35,528 nucleotides of DNA from an uncultured Verrucomicrobiota bacterium (lineage in GTDB: Bacteria; Verrucomicrobiota; Verrucomicrobiia; Limisphaerales; UBA1100). A program made the translations under genes and the position numbers. Shown here in pieces: positions 8,440-18,000 of the stretch. Under the pieces are notes generated by a model. It worked only from the letters and a program-made list of their open reading frames with translations. It searched no databases and was not told where the DNA came from. How positions within the stretch are numbered: the stretch's first letter is position 1; every line of letters begins with the position of its first letter. The stretch covers positions 1-35,528 of the forward strand of contig CAZJRV010000002.1 of NCBI GenBank assembly GCA_964548235.1, read 5' to 3'.

Positions 8440-11400
8440 TTACTTCAGCTGATTTAGTTTCCCCTCCGGGTTGACCTCCACTTCATCCGCACCGGCCGGG
8501 ATTTTTGAGGTGGTGGTTTCGCCGTGGGGCCACTGGACCTCGATGGCCACGGGCGTCTCCGGGCGGGCAAGAATGAGTGTGGCGGAGTCCTGCGACCAGT
8601 AACCCGAGCCAGCCGTTACCACCCGGGCCGGGCCCCGCTTTTCATCCGCAAACTGCAGCCGTGCAATGGCACCCACGCCGGTGGGGTTGGCGGGGCCGGC
8701 ATTGAGGCGCACACGCAGGCCGGGCCGACCTTCGGAATTGCGGAAAAGGCGGGTATGGGCTCCGTTTTGCGCCACGGCAAGATCCGGTCGGCCGTCTTGG
8801 TTGTAATCGCCCACGGCCGAGCCGCGTTGTTCGCCATAGATCCGGATTCCCGAGGCATTGGCGGACATGGAATGGAAACTGCCTTTGCCATCGCCGCGAA
8901 GAAGGAGGCCGCGGCCGCCATCGCTGCGGGGGGTTTCGCGTTGGGAGGCGAAAAAGTTTTGGGCCACAAAGAGGTCCTCGTTTCCATCGCCATCAAAGTC
9001 CATCGCATTGATGCCGAAGACCGGCGCGAACTGTGCGCGCGCAGGCAGCGGCCGCGCCTCAAACTTGCCGCCGCGATTGAGGAAGACCGTGTGGGAAAGG
9101 GTGGTGGCTTCCACCACAGTGCCGGCCTTGAGGCATTCGCCGTAGACTTTCTCGAGGTCGCCGGAGCCGAAGGTGTCGAAGTTTCCGTTCCGTTCGCCAA
9201 TGAAGGGCATGGCGTTCATGGAGCAGGAGCGGCCGCGCTCGGGCACGAGTTTGCCGGTGAGTTTGTCGCGATGATATTCAACGATGTCGAGCACGCCGTT
9301 GTTATCAAAATCGCCGTAGGCAATGCGCAGGGGGTCTTTTTTAGAATAGGAGCCTTCGTATTTGCTGTTGCGGCCCCAGTTGCCGGCGGCAAGGTCGAGG
9401 CGGCCGTCGCCATCAAAGTCGCCCAGCGTGACGCTGTTCCACCAGCCTTTGGAGGCATCGAGCCCGAAGGTTTTTGTGGCGTCGATGAATGTGCCGTTGT
9501 CATTGCGGAGAATTTTGATGGGTCCCCATTCGCAGGCGAGGATGAGATCCGGGTCGCCATCGGCATCGAGATCACCAAACACGGCACCGCGGATGAGGCC
9601 GAGTTTTTCCATCAACTTTGCATTGGCGGGATCGGGCTTGAGGTTGCCGTTATCGTTGAGCAGCAGCAGTGAGTCGGCGGGTTCAGGGTAGCGCATTGGC
9701 ACGGTACGGCCGCCGATGAAGAGGTCGAGGTCGCCATCGCCATCCACATGGGGGGAGGCCTTGGGGCGGGTTGTAGTGGGGCGCCGGGGCTGGGTGTGGG
9801 TGGGGGTGTAGTCACGGGCGGGGTCGAAGCCCAGCATCGTGGGTGGCCGCATAAACGCATTGGGGCCGGCTTCGTAATTGGAGGTGCCCACCAGCAGCGC
9901 GCGTGTGCCGGGCTTGGGGGTCCAGCCCAGCAGGCCGGTTTGATCCAGCTTTGCCAGCGGACCGCTGTACAGGTCGAACCGGTTTTCTGGTTGGCCGTAA
10001 AATACATTGAGGCCGCCGCCGCGTCCGGAGCCGACCACGAGATCATCGCGTCCATCGCCGTTTAGATCGGTCCAGGCCAGCCCGGGGCCGAGCTGACTGA
10101 GGCGGTTGGGCAGCAGGGATTGATAGGCGAAATCGTCAAAGGCAGTTTCGCCGTGTTGATGGTGAAGGAGCGGGGCGGCTTCGTTGTCGGGCCGTTTCAC
10201 CAGGGCATCGAGTTCCAGGCTGAACAGGGGCTTGAGCTGGGCAGTGGGGGCGGGGAAATGTGGCTGGGCGTTGCCTTGCCGGATGGTGTAGAGGTGGTTG
10301 GGCTTTACACTGTTGATCACCGTGCGGGTGAGCTGGCTGCGGTTTCGCCAGATGATCTCGAGTTTCAGGCCCTCGTTGGCTTGACTGGTGCCGAAGCTCA
10401 CCAGCGTATCACTCCCCGATGCGAACCCGCCGCCGGCACTGATTTCGGTTTCAATTGGTTCAGGGCCGCCGGGGCCGCCGATGAGTCGGATTTTTGCGCC
10501 GATGGCCTGAGTGTTGGGGGCACGGCCAATGAGCCGCACAGCCACACGCGGGGCGGTGGTTTCGTTCCGGTAAATTTCCAGCGGTCCATCATCATTATTG
10601 AACATCAAGTCCAGATCGCCATCGCCGTCGAAGTCCGCCTGAGTCAATCCACCGGATACAGCTTCAAATTTTTTGTAGGTTTTCTTGCCGTCCGATTGAA
10701 TTTCCCTGGCGAATCCCCATTCGTCGCTTTTGTATTCGAAGGTGAGGTCGCCCTTGTTGCGGTAGATGACATTTTGCGTGGGCAGCTTGGGATACCAATT
10801 AAAGGAAAGGAGGCGCGAATCCACATCGCTCTTTTCACGCCGCACTGTATCGGCGCGTTTGTTGGTGTCCGCATCCATAAAATCACGGTTCATGCCGGTG
10901 GCCACGATCAAGTCCTCGTAGCCATCGAGATCCACATCCGTGAATGCCACACCCCAGCTCCACTCGGAGGCTTTTACCCCTGCGAACTGGGCAATCTCCG
11001 TCCAGGTGCTGTCGCCCCGGTTGAGTTGCAGGGTGTTCTGCATAATTTGCGGACGGTCAAAAATTTTCCCGATGACCGCATCCGTGGGCTGCATCAACCC
11101 CATCTGCGTCTTGCGGCGCTTGTGGGATCGGCTGAGCATGTCACAGGTGAGAAAATCGAGGTGGCCGTCTCGGTTAATATCAGTGAAGTCGATGCCCATG
11201 GAAAACTGGCTGGTGCGGCGCAGGGCCTCGTTCCTGATGGCCTGGAAACGTCCGGATCCGTCATTGATCCAGAACCGGTCCGGCCAGTCAAAATCACTAC
11301 AGACATACAGATCTGGATCGCCATCCCCATCTACATCGCGGAAGATCGCCTCCTGACAGGGATCGGCCGGCATGGAGATGGGGCGCCCCTGGGCATCGCG

Positions 11401-12225
11401 AAAACGCAGATCTGCATCGGTGACCGGCCGGAACCCCCCTTGCCCGTCGTTGAGATAAAGCTGGTCGGCAATGCTCCTGGGGACGGCTACTCTCGAGAGT
11501 TTGCCCTGCGAGTCGGGTTTTATCATGTAAGTAAAGTATTTGGAATAAATCTTATGCTCGCCAACCGTTCGCGGCCGGCTGCCCATGGCCTTGATTGCCT
11601 CGTGGCGTTTTTCGCCCAGTTCCTGATGCAGATACATCTTGAGATGTTTGGAGACGTACATATCCAAATCTCCATCGCCATCCACGTCCGCTAGGCAGGC
11701 ACCCACGCTGCCTCCGCGCGGGTGGTTCACCCAACCAATCTTGAGGCTCTCGGTGAAATTCCCTTTCCCATCATTAATGAAAAGAAAATTGCGGCCGTTT
11801 CGGAGGGAAGTGACAATGAGATCCAGATCCCCATCCCCATCCACATCGGCAAACACTGCGCCGTTCAGCCGCCAACTCGCACAGGCCACGCCGGCCCGGG
11901 CAGTAATGTCTTCAAACTTCCAGCCCCCCAAATTGCGGTACAGCGCATTGGGCTCCTCCATTCCGCAGACGAACAGGTCAATGCGGCCGTCTCCATCCAC
12001 ATCACCCGCAGCCAGGCCGGAGTTGGCAGTTTCACGGTGCACTTCACCTGCAATTGGCTGGAAGCGCGCACGCGGCACCAGCCCCGCATCCCGGGCGGCA
12101 ATGCGGTGGTAGCCGGGCTTGCCCTGCGTGGGCACGGCCAATGGGGTCACCTTTACGCCGGCCGCGGAGGTGAGCGATCCGGCCAGCCCCAGCAGCAGCA
12201 TGGAAACAGGTTGGGCAAGTTTCAT
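8440..12225 (-). CDS. Secreted giant FG-GAP/VCBS-repeat protein with two UnbV_ASPIC modules (double CRTAC1-like), copy 1
   Basis: 1261 aa with Sec signal MKLAQPVSMLLLGLAGSLTSAAG. Many DVDGDGDLDL-type FG-GAP/VCBS Ca-binding repeats. UnbV_ASPIC-like blocks at about 10330..10555 (RVAVRLIGRAPNTQAIGAKIRL...SAGGGFASGSD...LEIIW) and about 8510..8730 (LRVRLNAGPANPTGVGAIARL...TAGSGYWSQDS...VQWPHG). Confidence 0.85.
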   Translation of the reverse strand: MKLAQPVSMLLLGLAGSLTSAAGVKVTPLAVPTQGKPGYHRIAARDAGLVPRARFQPIAGEVHRETANSGLAAGDVDGDGRIDLFVCGMEEPNALYRNLGGWKFEDITARAGVACASWRLNGAVFADVDGDGDLDLIVTSLRNGRNFLFINDGKGNFTESLKIGWVNHPRGGSVGACLADVDGDGDLDMYVSKHLKMYLHQELGEKRHEAIKAMGSRPRTVGEHKIYSKYFTYMIKPDSQGKLSRVAVPRSIADQLYLNDGQGGFRPVTDADLRFRDAQGRPISMPADPCQEAIFRDVDGDGDPDLYVCSDFDWPDRFWINDGSGRFQAIRNEALRRTSQFSMGIDFTDINRDGHLDFLTCDMLSRSHKRRKTQMGLMQPTDAVIGKIFDRPQIMQNTLQLNRGDSTWTEIAQFAGVKASEWSWGVAFTDVDLDGYEDLIVATGMNRDFMDADTNKRADTVRREKSDVDSRLLSFNWYPKLPTQNVIYRNKGDLTFEYKSDEWGFAREIQSDGKKTYKKFEAVSGGLTQADFDGDGDLDLMFNNDDGPLEIYRNETTAPRVAVRLIGRAPNTQAIGAKIRLIGGPGGPEPIETEISAGGGFASGSDTLVSFGTSQANEGLKLEIIWRNRSQLTRTVINSVKPNHLYTIRQGNAQPHFPAPTAQLKPLFSLELDALVKRPDNEAAPLLHHQHGETAFDDFAYQSLLPNRLSQLGPGLAWTDLNGDGRDDLVVGSGRGGGLNVFYGQPENRFDLYSGPLAKLDQTGLLGWTPKPGTRALLVGTSNYEAGPNAFMRPPTMLGFDPARDYTPTHTQPRRPTTTRPKASPHVDGDGDLDLFIGGRTVPMRYPEPADSLLLLNDNGNLKPDPANAKLMEKLGLIRGAVFGDLDADGDPDLILACEWGPIKILRNDNGTFIDATKTFGLDASKGWWNSVTLGDFDGDGRLDLAAGNWGRNSKYEGSYSKKDPLRIAYGDFDNNGVLDIVEYHRDKLTGKLVPERGRSCSMNAMPFIGERNGNFDTFGSGDLEKVYGECLKAGTVVEATTLSHTVFLNRGGKFEARPLPARAQFAPVFGINAMDFDGDGNEDLFVAQNFFASQRETPRSDGGRGLLLRGDGKGSFHSMSANASGIRIYGEQRGSAVGDYNQDGRPDLAVAQNGAHTRLFRNSEGRPGLRVRLNAGPANPTGVGAIARLQFADEKRGPARVVTAGSGYWSQDSATLILARPETPVAIEVQWPHGETTTSKIPAGADEVEVNPEGKLNQLK

Positions 12226-12304
12226 AAAGCGCAGCCTAACGCGCGGGGCGCGAGTTGTAAATTCACTTTGTACCGAGGTGGTTTTTTGTTAAACACCGCC
12301 GGAC

Positions 12305-15055
12305 ATGGACAGAGCACCCAATTTTCGGCCGGGCGCGCTTCCGGCATTGACCGCTGCAGTAGTGCTGTTGGCGGTATTGGCTGCCCTGTTCTTTCCCGGC
12401 TTTTCGGCGGATCAATCCTTAAGCACGAACGATGAATTTCCCCGGGGCATTCCTGTCTGGGATTCCACCGCCGGCTTGGGCGAGCCCACGCCGGTTTTGT
12501 CGCCCGGCTCCCAATCGGCCATATTCGCCTTGTGCAAACTCAGCGCCGATCCCTCCCGCGTATTTGCCAATATTTATCCGCCGCTCTGCCTGTTCCTGCT
12601 GGGCATGGCTGCGTGGTTTTGTTTGCGCCAGTGGGATTGTCCGACGGTCGCCTGTCTGCTTGGCGCGTTGGCAGCGGGGCTCAACGGGGTATTTTTAACC
12701 AGCGCCGTGGGGCCCGCGCCCTGGCTGGCGATGGGCGGGGCGTGGGCGTTTGTGGCCTTGGGACTGGTGCGGCTGCGACCCCGGCTGGAATGGCCGCAGG
12801 CGCTGCTCGCCGGTTTTGCGCTGGTGATGGCCTGTATTGAGGCCGGGGCCGCGGGCCTCTACCTCTCCATAGGCGTTACGGCATTGGCCATTGGATTGCC
12901 TGCAGCAGATGAATCCCAGCAAACCGGCCCACGCATGAAGACGGCTTTGCTGATTCCGCTTACTCTGGCGGTCTTCATTGTCGGGGGAATTTATTTGGAC
13001 GCGTTCCGGGAGATACCCATCCCCGTGGATGACGCCCGACCGTTTGCGCTGTATGAACTGCCCGGCATCGCCGTGGCGGGTCTTACCGGGCACCGGGTGG
13101 ATGTGCCGGATAGTTCCGGGCAATGGGGTTCCATAAAAATTTTGGGGCTGCATTTTGGCGTGCCCGTGCTGGTGCTTGCCGCGTGGGCATTGGCTCATGC
13201 GTTGCGCCGCGAAAGTATGTTGGTTGCCGCTGACCGCAAACGCGTGTTTGCACTGGCCGGCCTCGCGGCGGTTGCCGGATTGCTGGGATTGCTCAGTCCA
13301 CTGTGTCTTGCCCCCGGCATCCTCGGCGCGGTGCTGCTCACAGGCTACGGCGTGCGTGCGGTGGATGATTGGTACACAAGCGAGGCGCACGAGAAAACCA
13401 GGGCCCTCGGCAGCGGCGGATTTGATACCGCCTGGCGGATCGGCTCGATTGGAGTGCTCACGCTGGCCGCGATTTCATTTGTGGTCTATAACGGCCAAAG
13501 CGGCGCGCTGGCGAAGTGGCTGCAGACACAATATCCGGTTCTGTCGCTGGAATTTACCCGGGGCTTGGCCGCGGCCAGCATTTGGCAGGCGGGATTGTTC
13601 GTGCTGTTTCTCGCGCTTACGGTGGCAGCGTTTCTGGTTTTCGGGTTGTTGAAGTGGACCCCGCGTGTGCGCGGGGCTTGCCTCGGGATTTTGGGGGTGC
13701 TGTTGGCGGCGGATCTCGTTCGGTCGGGCCTGCCTTTCCGGCACTATGATTTGAGAGCCACGACGGCATCGGATCATCCCGCGGTTCAATACATCCGCTC
13801 AGAACCGGTTCTGGGGCGGTTGGCATTGTTGGATGATTTTCAACTACCCGACGGGGGTGCCCAATCAGAAAGCCTGCCGCTGGACCGTTGGTTGATTGGA
13901 AAATACCTCGCCACGCCGGAGAATGCTCTCCCGAAAATCGAGGATGCAAAGGTCGAGCAAGTGGTTCACGCATTCCACGGGGCGATTGGACGCTACAATG
14001 ATCCCGACCGGTTGGATGCGTTACAAAATCAGATTGCGAAGATGATGGCCTCCGAGCAAGGGGCGCCAATTGAGAGGGAGATGGGAGAACTGATGCAGAT
14101 GCCCGCCGGGCCAGAATTTCTGGCCTGCGAGGGGGATCAGGCCATCATCCGTTTTTTTCGCCACATTATCCGCCAGCGTCTGGGCCAGTTAAACCACGCC
14201 CGGGCCCTGCTTCATGCCTCGCAACTCAGGGAGGTTTATCATGGCCGATGGGCCCGAAACGAGTTTGCCCGCCTCCCGGTCGTGCGCGCGCCGGGGTATC
14301 CCCCCCCGTCCGCCGGAGCTGGGAATCGGGGGCGCCTGCTGCGCTGGTGGGAACTCAACAGCGTCCGCTATTTCCTTTGCGTTAGCGGCAATGACACCAT
14401 CGGCCGGTCTGTGAGGAATGAGTTTCCCTATCTTGCCCTGCCCATTTACAGAAATTTGCCCAATCACCTTTTGGATCCCAGTCAGCGGCGCTTTTTGAGG
14501 CGGGAGGATTATTCACTGAACCCGGCCACCGCTCGCTTGACCCCCGCCACCAACGGCCCGGTGGCGCTGGTGGAATTCACCGGGGCGCTTCCCCGTCTGC
14601 AGCTGTTTGCCGATTGGCAATCGGGCCTGGATGATGACAAAACAAGCGAGATTTTATATCAACACGGCTTTAACCCGCATCAACAGGTTTTGCTGAGCGA
14701 GACCATTGATCCCCCGGCGCATCCCTCGCAAACCAGCGGATTGCCCCGGCCGGAAATCGTGGCGATGGCCAATGATCGCGTGGAGTTGAAAATCCCGGTC
14801 ACGCATTTCCCCACTGTGTTGCTGTTCAACGATGCCCATCATCCTGGCTGGACCGTGATGCGCGATGGCCAACCCGCGCCGCTGTTGCGTGCCAACCGCC
14901 ACATGCGCGCGGTGTATCTGCCGGCTGCTGCGCAGGGCCAGTCGGTGGTGTTTCAGTTTCAGCCGGAACGCGCCTCGGTACTGCCGTTTTGGTTGCTCCT
15001 CGGCCTTGCTTTGCTCATCACCGCCTGTGCCTGGCGCAGTCGGTGGGTTCGTTAG
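12305..15055 (+). CDS. Polytopic membrane protein with YfhO-like extracytoplasmic C-terminal domain (putative GT-C type), copy 1
   Basis: 916 aa. About 10-12 TM helices in residues 1-480, a soluble domain, then HHPGWTVMRDGQPAPLLRANRHMRAVYLPAAAQGQSVVFQFQP followed by a final TM helix (VLPFWLLLGLALLITACAW). This ending is characteristic of YfhO-family proteins. Divergent from copy-1 giant gene, 79-bp gap. Confidence 0.7.
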   Translation: MDRAPNFRPGALPALTAAVVLLAVLAALFFPGFSADQSLSTNDEFPRGIPVWDSTAGLGEPTPVLSPGSQSAIFALCKLSADPSRVFANIYPPLCLFLLGMAAWFCLRQWDCPTVACLLGALAAGLNGVFLTSAVGPAPWLAMGGAWAFVALGLVRLRPRLEWPQALLAGFALVMACIEAGAAGLYLSIGVTALAIGLPAADESQQTGPRMKTALLIPLTLAVFIVGGIYLDAFREIPIPVDDARPFALYELPGIAVAGLTGHRVDVPDSSGQWGSIKILGLHFGVPVLVLAAWALAHALRRESMLVAADRKRVFALAGLAAVAGLLGLLSPLCLAPGILGAVLLTGYGVRAVDDWYTSEAHEKTRALGSGGFDTAWRIGSIGVLTLAAISFVVYNGQSGALAKWLQTQYPVLSLEFTRGLAAASIWQAGLFVLFLALTVAAFLVFGLLKWTPRVRGACLGILGVLLAADLVRSGLPFRHYDLRATTASDHPAVQYIRSEPVLGRLALLDDFQLPDGGAQSESLPLDRWLIGKYLATPENALPKIEDAKVEQVVHAFHGAIGRYNDPDRLDALQNQIAKMMASEQGAPIEREMGELMQMPAGPEFLACEGDQAIIRFFRHIIRQRLGQLNHARALLHASQLREVYHGRWARNEFARLPVVRAPGYPPPSAGAGNRGRLLRWWELNSVRYFLCVSGNDTIGRSVRNEFPYLALPIYRNLPNHLLDPSQRRFLRREDYSLNPATARLTPATNGPVALVEFTGALPRLQLFADWQSGLDDDKTSEILYQHGFNPHQQVLLSETIDPPAHPSQTSGLPRPEIVAMANDRVELKIPVTHFPTVLLFNDAHHPGWTVMRDGQPAPLLRANRHMRAVYLPAAAQGQSVVFQFQPERASVLPFWLLLGLALLITACAWRSRWVR

Positions 15056-15066
15056 TCCGGGCTGCT

Positions 15067-18000
15067 TTACCGGATGCGCTTCCAATCACCGGCGCGGTTG
15101 ATTTCGATTTCGCTTGCGCCCACTGGGATTGGGGTAGTGGTTGTTTTGCCGTGGGGCCATTGAACTTCAATTTGTTCAGGCGTGGTGGGGCGGGCGAGGA
15201 GGAGCACGGGGGAATCCTGCGAACCATAGCCGGAACCGGCGGTGACGATCTTGGCGGGGCCCTTTTGGTCATCGGCAAAAACCAGGCGCGCGATGGCACC
15301 CACGCCGGTGGGGTTGGTGGACCCAGCGTTGAGTTTCACCCGCAGGCTGGGGCGCCCTTCCGTGTTGCGGAAGAGCCGGGCGTGTGAGCCGTTCTGTGCC
15401 ACCGCCAAATCGGGCCGGCCGTCGGAGTTGAAATCGCCCACGGCCGAGCCGCGCTGTTCGCCCCACACGCGGATGCCGGACGCAGCGCTCGTCATGGCGG
15501 CAAACTCACCCTTGCCATTGCCGTGCAGGAGCAGTCCGCGTCCACCATCGCTGCGGGGCGTTTCGCGCTGGGAGGCAAAGAAATTTTGTGCCACGAAGAG
15601 ATCTTCATTTCCATCGCCATCAAAGTCCGCCGTGTTAATGCCGAAGACCGGCGCGAACTGGGCCTCGATGGCCAGCGGCCGCGCCACGAATGAGCCGCCG
15701 CGATTGAGGAAGACCGTGTGGGAGAGGGTGTTGGCCTCAAGCACGGTGCCCTGCTTGAGGCTGGTGCCGTACACTTCCTCCAGGCTGCCGGAGCCGAAGG
15801 CATTGAAGGATTGATTGCGTTCGCCAATAAAGGGCATGGCGTTCATGGAGCAGGAGCGGCCGCGTTCGGGCACGAGTTTGCCGGAGAGTTTGTCGCGATG
15901 ATATTCGACGATGTCGAGCACACCGTTGTTGTCAAAATCGCCGTACGTGATTCGGAGGGGATCCTTTGGGGTGAATGAATTTTGATATTTGCTGTTGTGA
16001 CCCCAGTTGCCGGCGGCGAGATCGAGCTGTCCGTCCCCATCAAAGTCGCCGAGGGTGACGCTGTTCCACCACCCCAGAAAGCCATCGAGCCCGTGGGCCT
16101 TCGTGGCGTCGGTGAACTGTCCGGCGTCATTGCGAAGAATTTTGATGGGGCCCCATTCGCAGGCGAGGATGAGATCCGGATCGCCATCGCCATCGAGATC
16201 GCCAAAGACTGCGCCGCTGACGAGCCCAATTTTTTCCAGCACCTTCGCATTGGCCGCGTCAGGCCTGAGTTTGCCGTTTTCGTTGAGAAACAAATGAGAG
16301 TTGGCCGGCTCCGGGTATCGTGCGGGGATGGTGCGGCCGCCGAGGAAGAGATCGAGATCGCCGTCGCCATCCACGTCGGCTGCCGTCATGGGGCCGGTGG
16401 TGGCCATGCGGCCGGGCAGAAGCGGGGTTTTCGAGAGTTCCGCATCCAGGGAATAGCCAAGCACGGAGGCGGGTTGGGCAAATTGCCGGTCGGATTGTTC
16501 GTAATTGGATTGCCCGACGAGGAGTGTGGGGTTGCCGGGCTTGAGATTCCAGGCAATCACGCTGGTGAGATCCAGGGTGGCACCCGGGCCGAGTTTGCCC
16601 TCGAAGGAATTTCCGTTTTCCGACCCGAGGTGCAACATAAGCTTGCCGCCATTGCCAGAGCCAATGACGAGGTCATCACGGCCATCGCCGTTGAGGTCGG
16701 CCCATGCGACGCCGGGGCCAAGTTGGCTGAGGCGGTTGGGCAGCAGGGATTGGTAAGCGAAATCGTCAAAGGCCTTTTCGTGATGCAGCCGTTGTGCCCT
16801 GCCGCCGGGTGCCGTGGGGTGCGTCATTTGAATGAGGTCATCGGCATTGGCAAAGAGCGGCGGCACGGGCTGGGGCGTGGGCGGGGTGTAGGGTTCAATG
16901 GATTCCGGTTCGGTGATGGTGTAAGCGTGGTTTGGCTTTATGTTTGGGATGAGGGTGCGATGTCGTGTGTTTTTGTTTCTCCAGATGATTTCGAGGCGTA
17001 GGTTTTCAGTTTGTTTGCCGGTGCCAAAGACGGCGACGTTTTCGCTGCCGGAAGCGTACCCACCCGCGATGTGCAGGTCATGCTCGATGGGGGCCAATCC
17101 GCGTGCGTCGCCGGGGCCGCCGAGCAGGCGCACCTTTGCGCCGATGGCCTGGGTGTTGGGGCCGCGTCCGCGCAGTTTCACTGCCACGCGGGGCGCGATG
17201 GATTCATTGCGGTAAATTTCCAGCGGAGAGGTCCAGTTGTTGAACACAAGGTCGAGGTCGCCATCGCCATCAAAATCGGCCTGGGCGAGCCCGCCTGACA
17301 CGGCTTCCTCGGTTATGCCCCAGTCATCGCTTTTGAATTCAAACGTCAGGTCGCCCTTGTTTCTGAATACGACATTTTGTGTGGCTAGTTTTGGGAAGTT
17401 AAAATTCTGTTGCAAACTGCCCAGGCCAGAGCCGGATGGCTCGGAGCGTGCGCCGGTGGCTTGTGCGCGCGCGTCGGCATCCATAAAATCGCGGGTCATG
17501 CCGGTGGCGACGATGAGGTCCTCGTAGCCGTCGAGATCCACATCGGTAAAGGCCACTCCCCAGCTCCATTCGGAGGCGTGCACGCCTGCGAGCTGGGCGA
17601 TCTCCGTCCAAGTGCCGTCACCACGATTGAGCTGTAGTGTGTTTTGCATGATCTGTGGACGATTTTCGATGAGGCCGATGGCAATTTCCGTGACCTGCAT
17701 GTCGCCCATTTGGGTTTTGCGCCGCTTGTGGGATCGGCTGAGCATGTCGGCAGTGAGAAAATCGAGGTGTCCGTCGCGGTTGATGTCGGTGTAGTCGAAG
17801 CCCATTGTAAATTGGCTGGTGCGGCGCAGGGCAAGCGGATGTGCCTCCCGAAATTTTCCGCGCCCGTCGTTCAACCACAAACGGTCGGGATTCGAGAAAT
17901 CGCTGGTGACGTACAGGTCCGGGTCCCCGTCTCCATCCACATCACGAAACAGCCCTTCATGGCTGGGATCGCGGGGGCGTTTCATGCGGCGCCCCTGAAA

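Noticed and set aside
10120-11694. Very long ORFs antisense to well-supported genes. Examples: 10120..11694 (524 aa), 4682..5914 (410 aa), 8524..9672 (382 aa), 15982..17001, 17644..18408, 20059..21066, 22383..23219, 28497..29357, 32075..32908.
   Set aside because: Each lies entirely opposite a gene with strong family signatures. Their translations are Ala/Gly/Arg/Val-rich low-information sequence with no recognisable motif. Long stop-free shadow frames are expected in GC-rich coding DNA.
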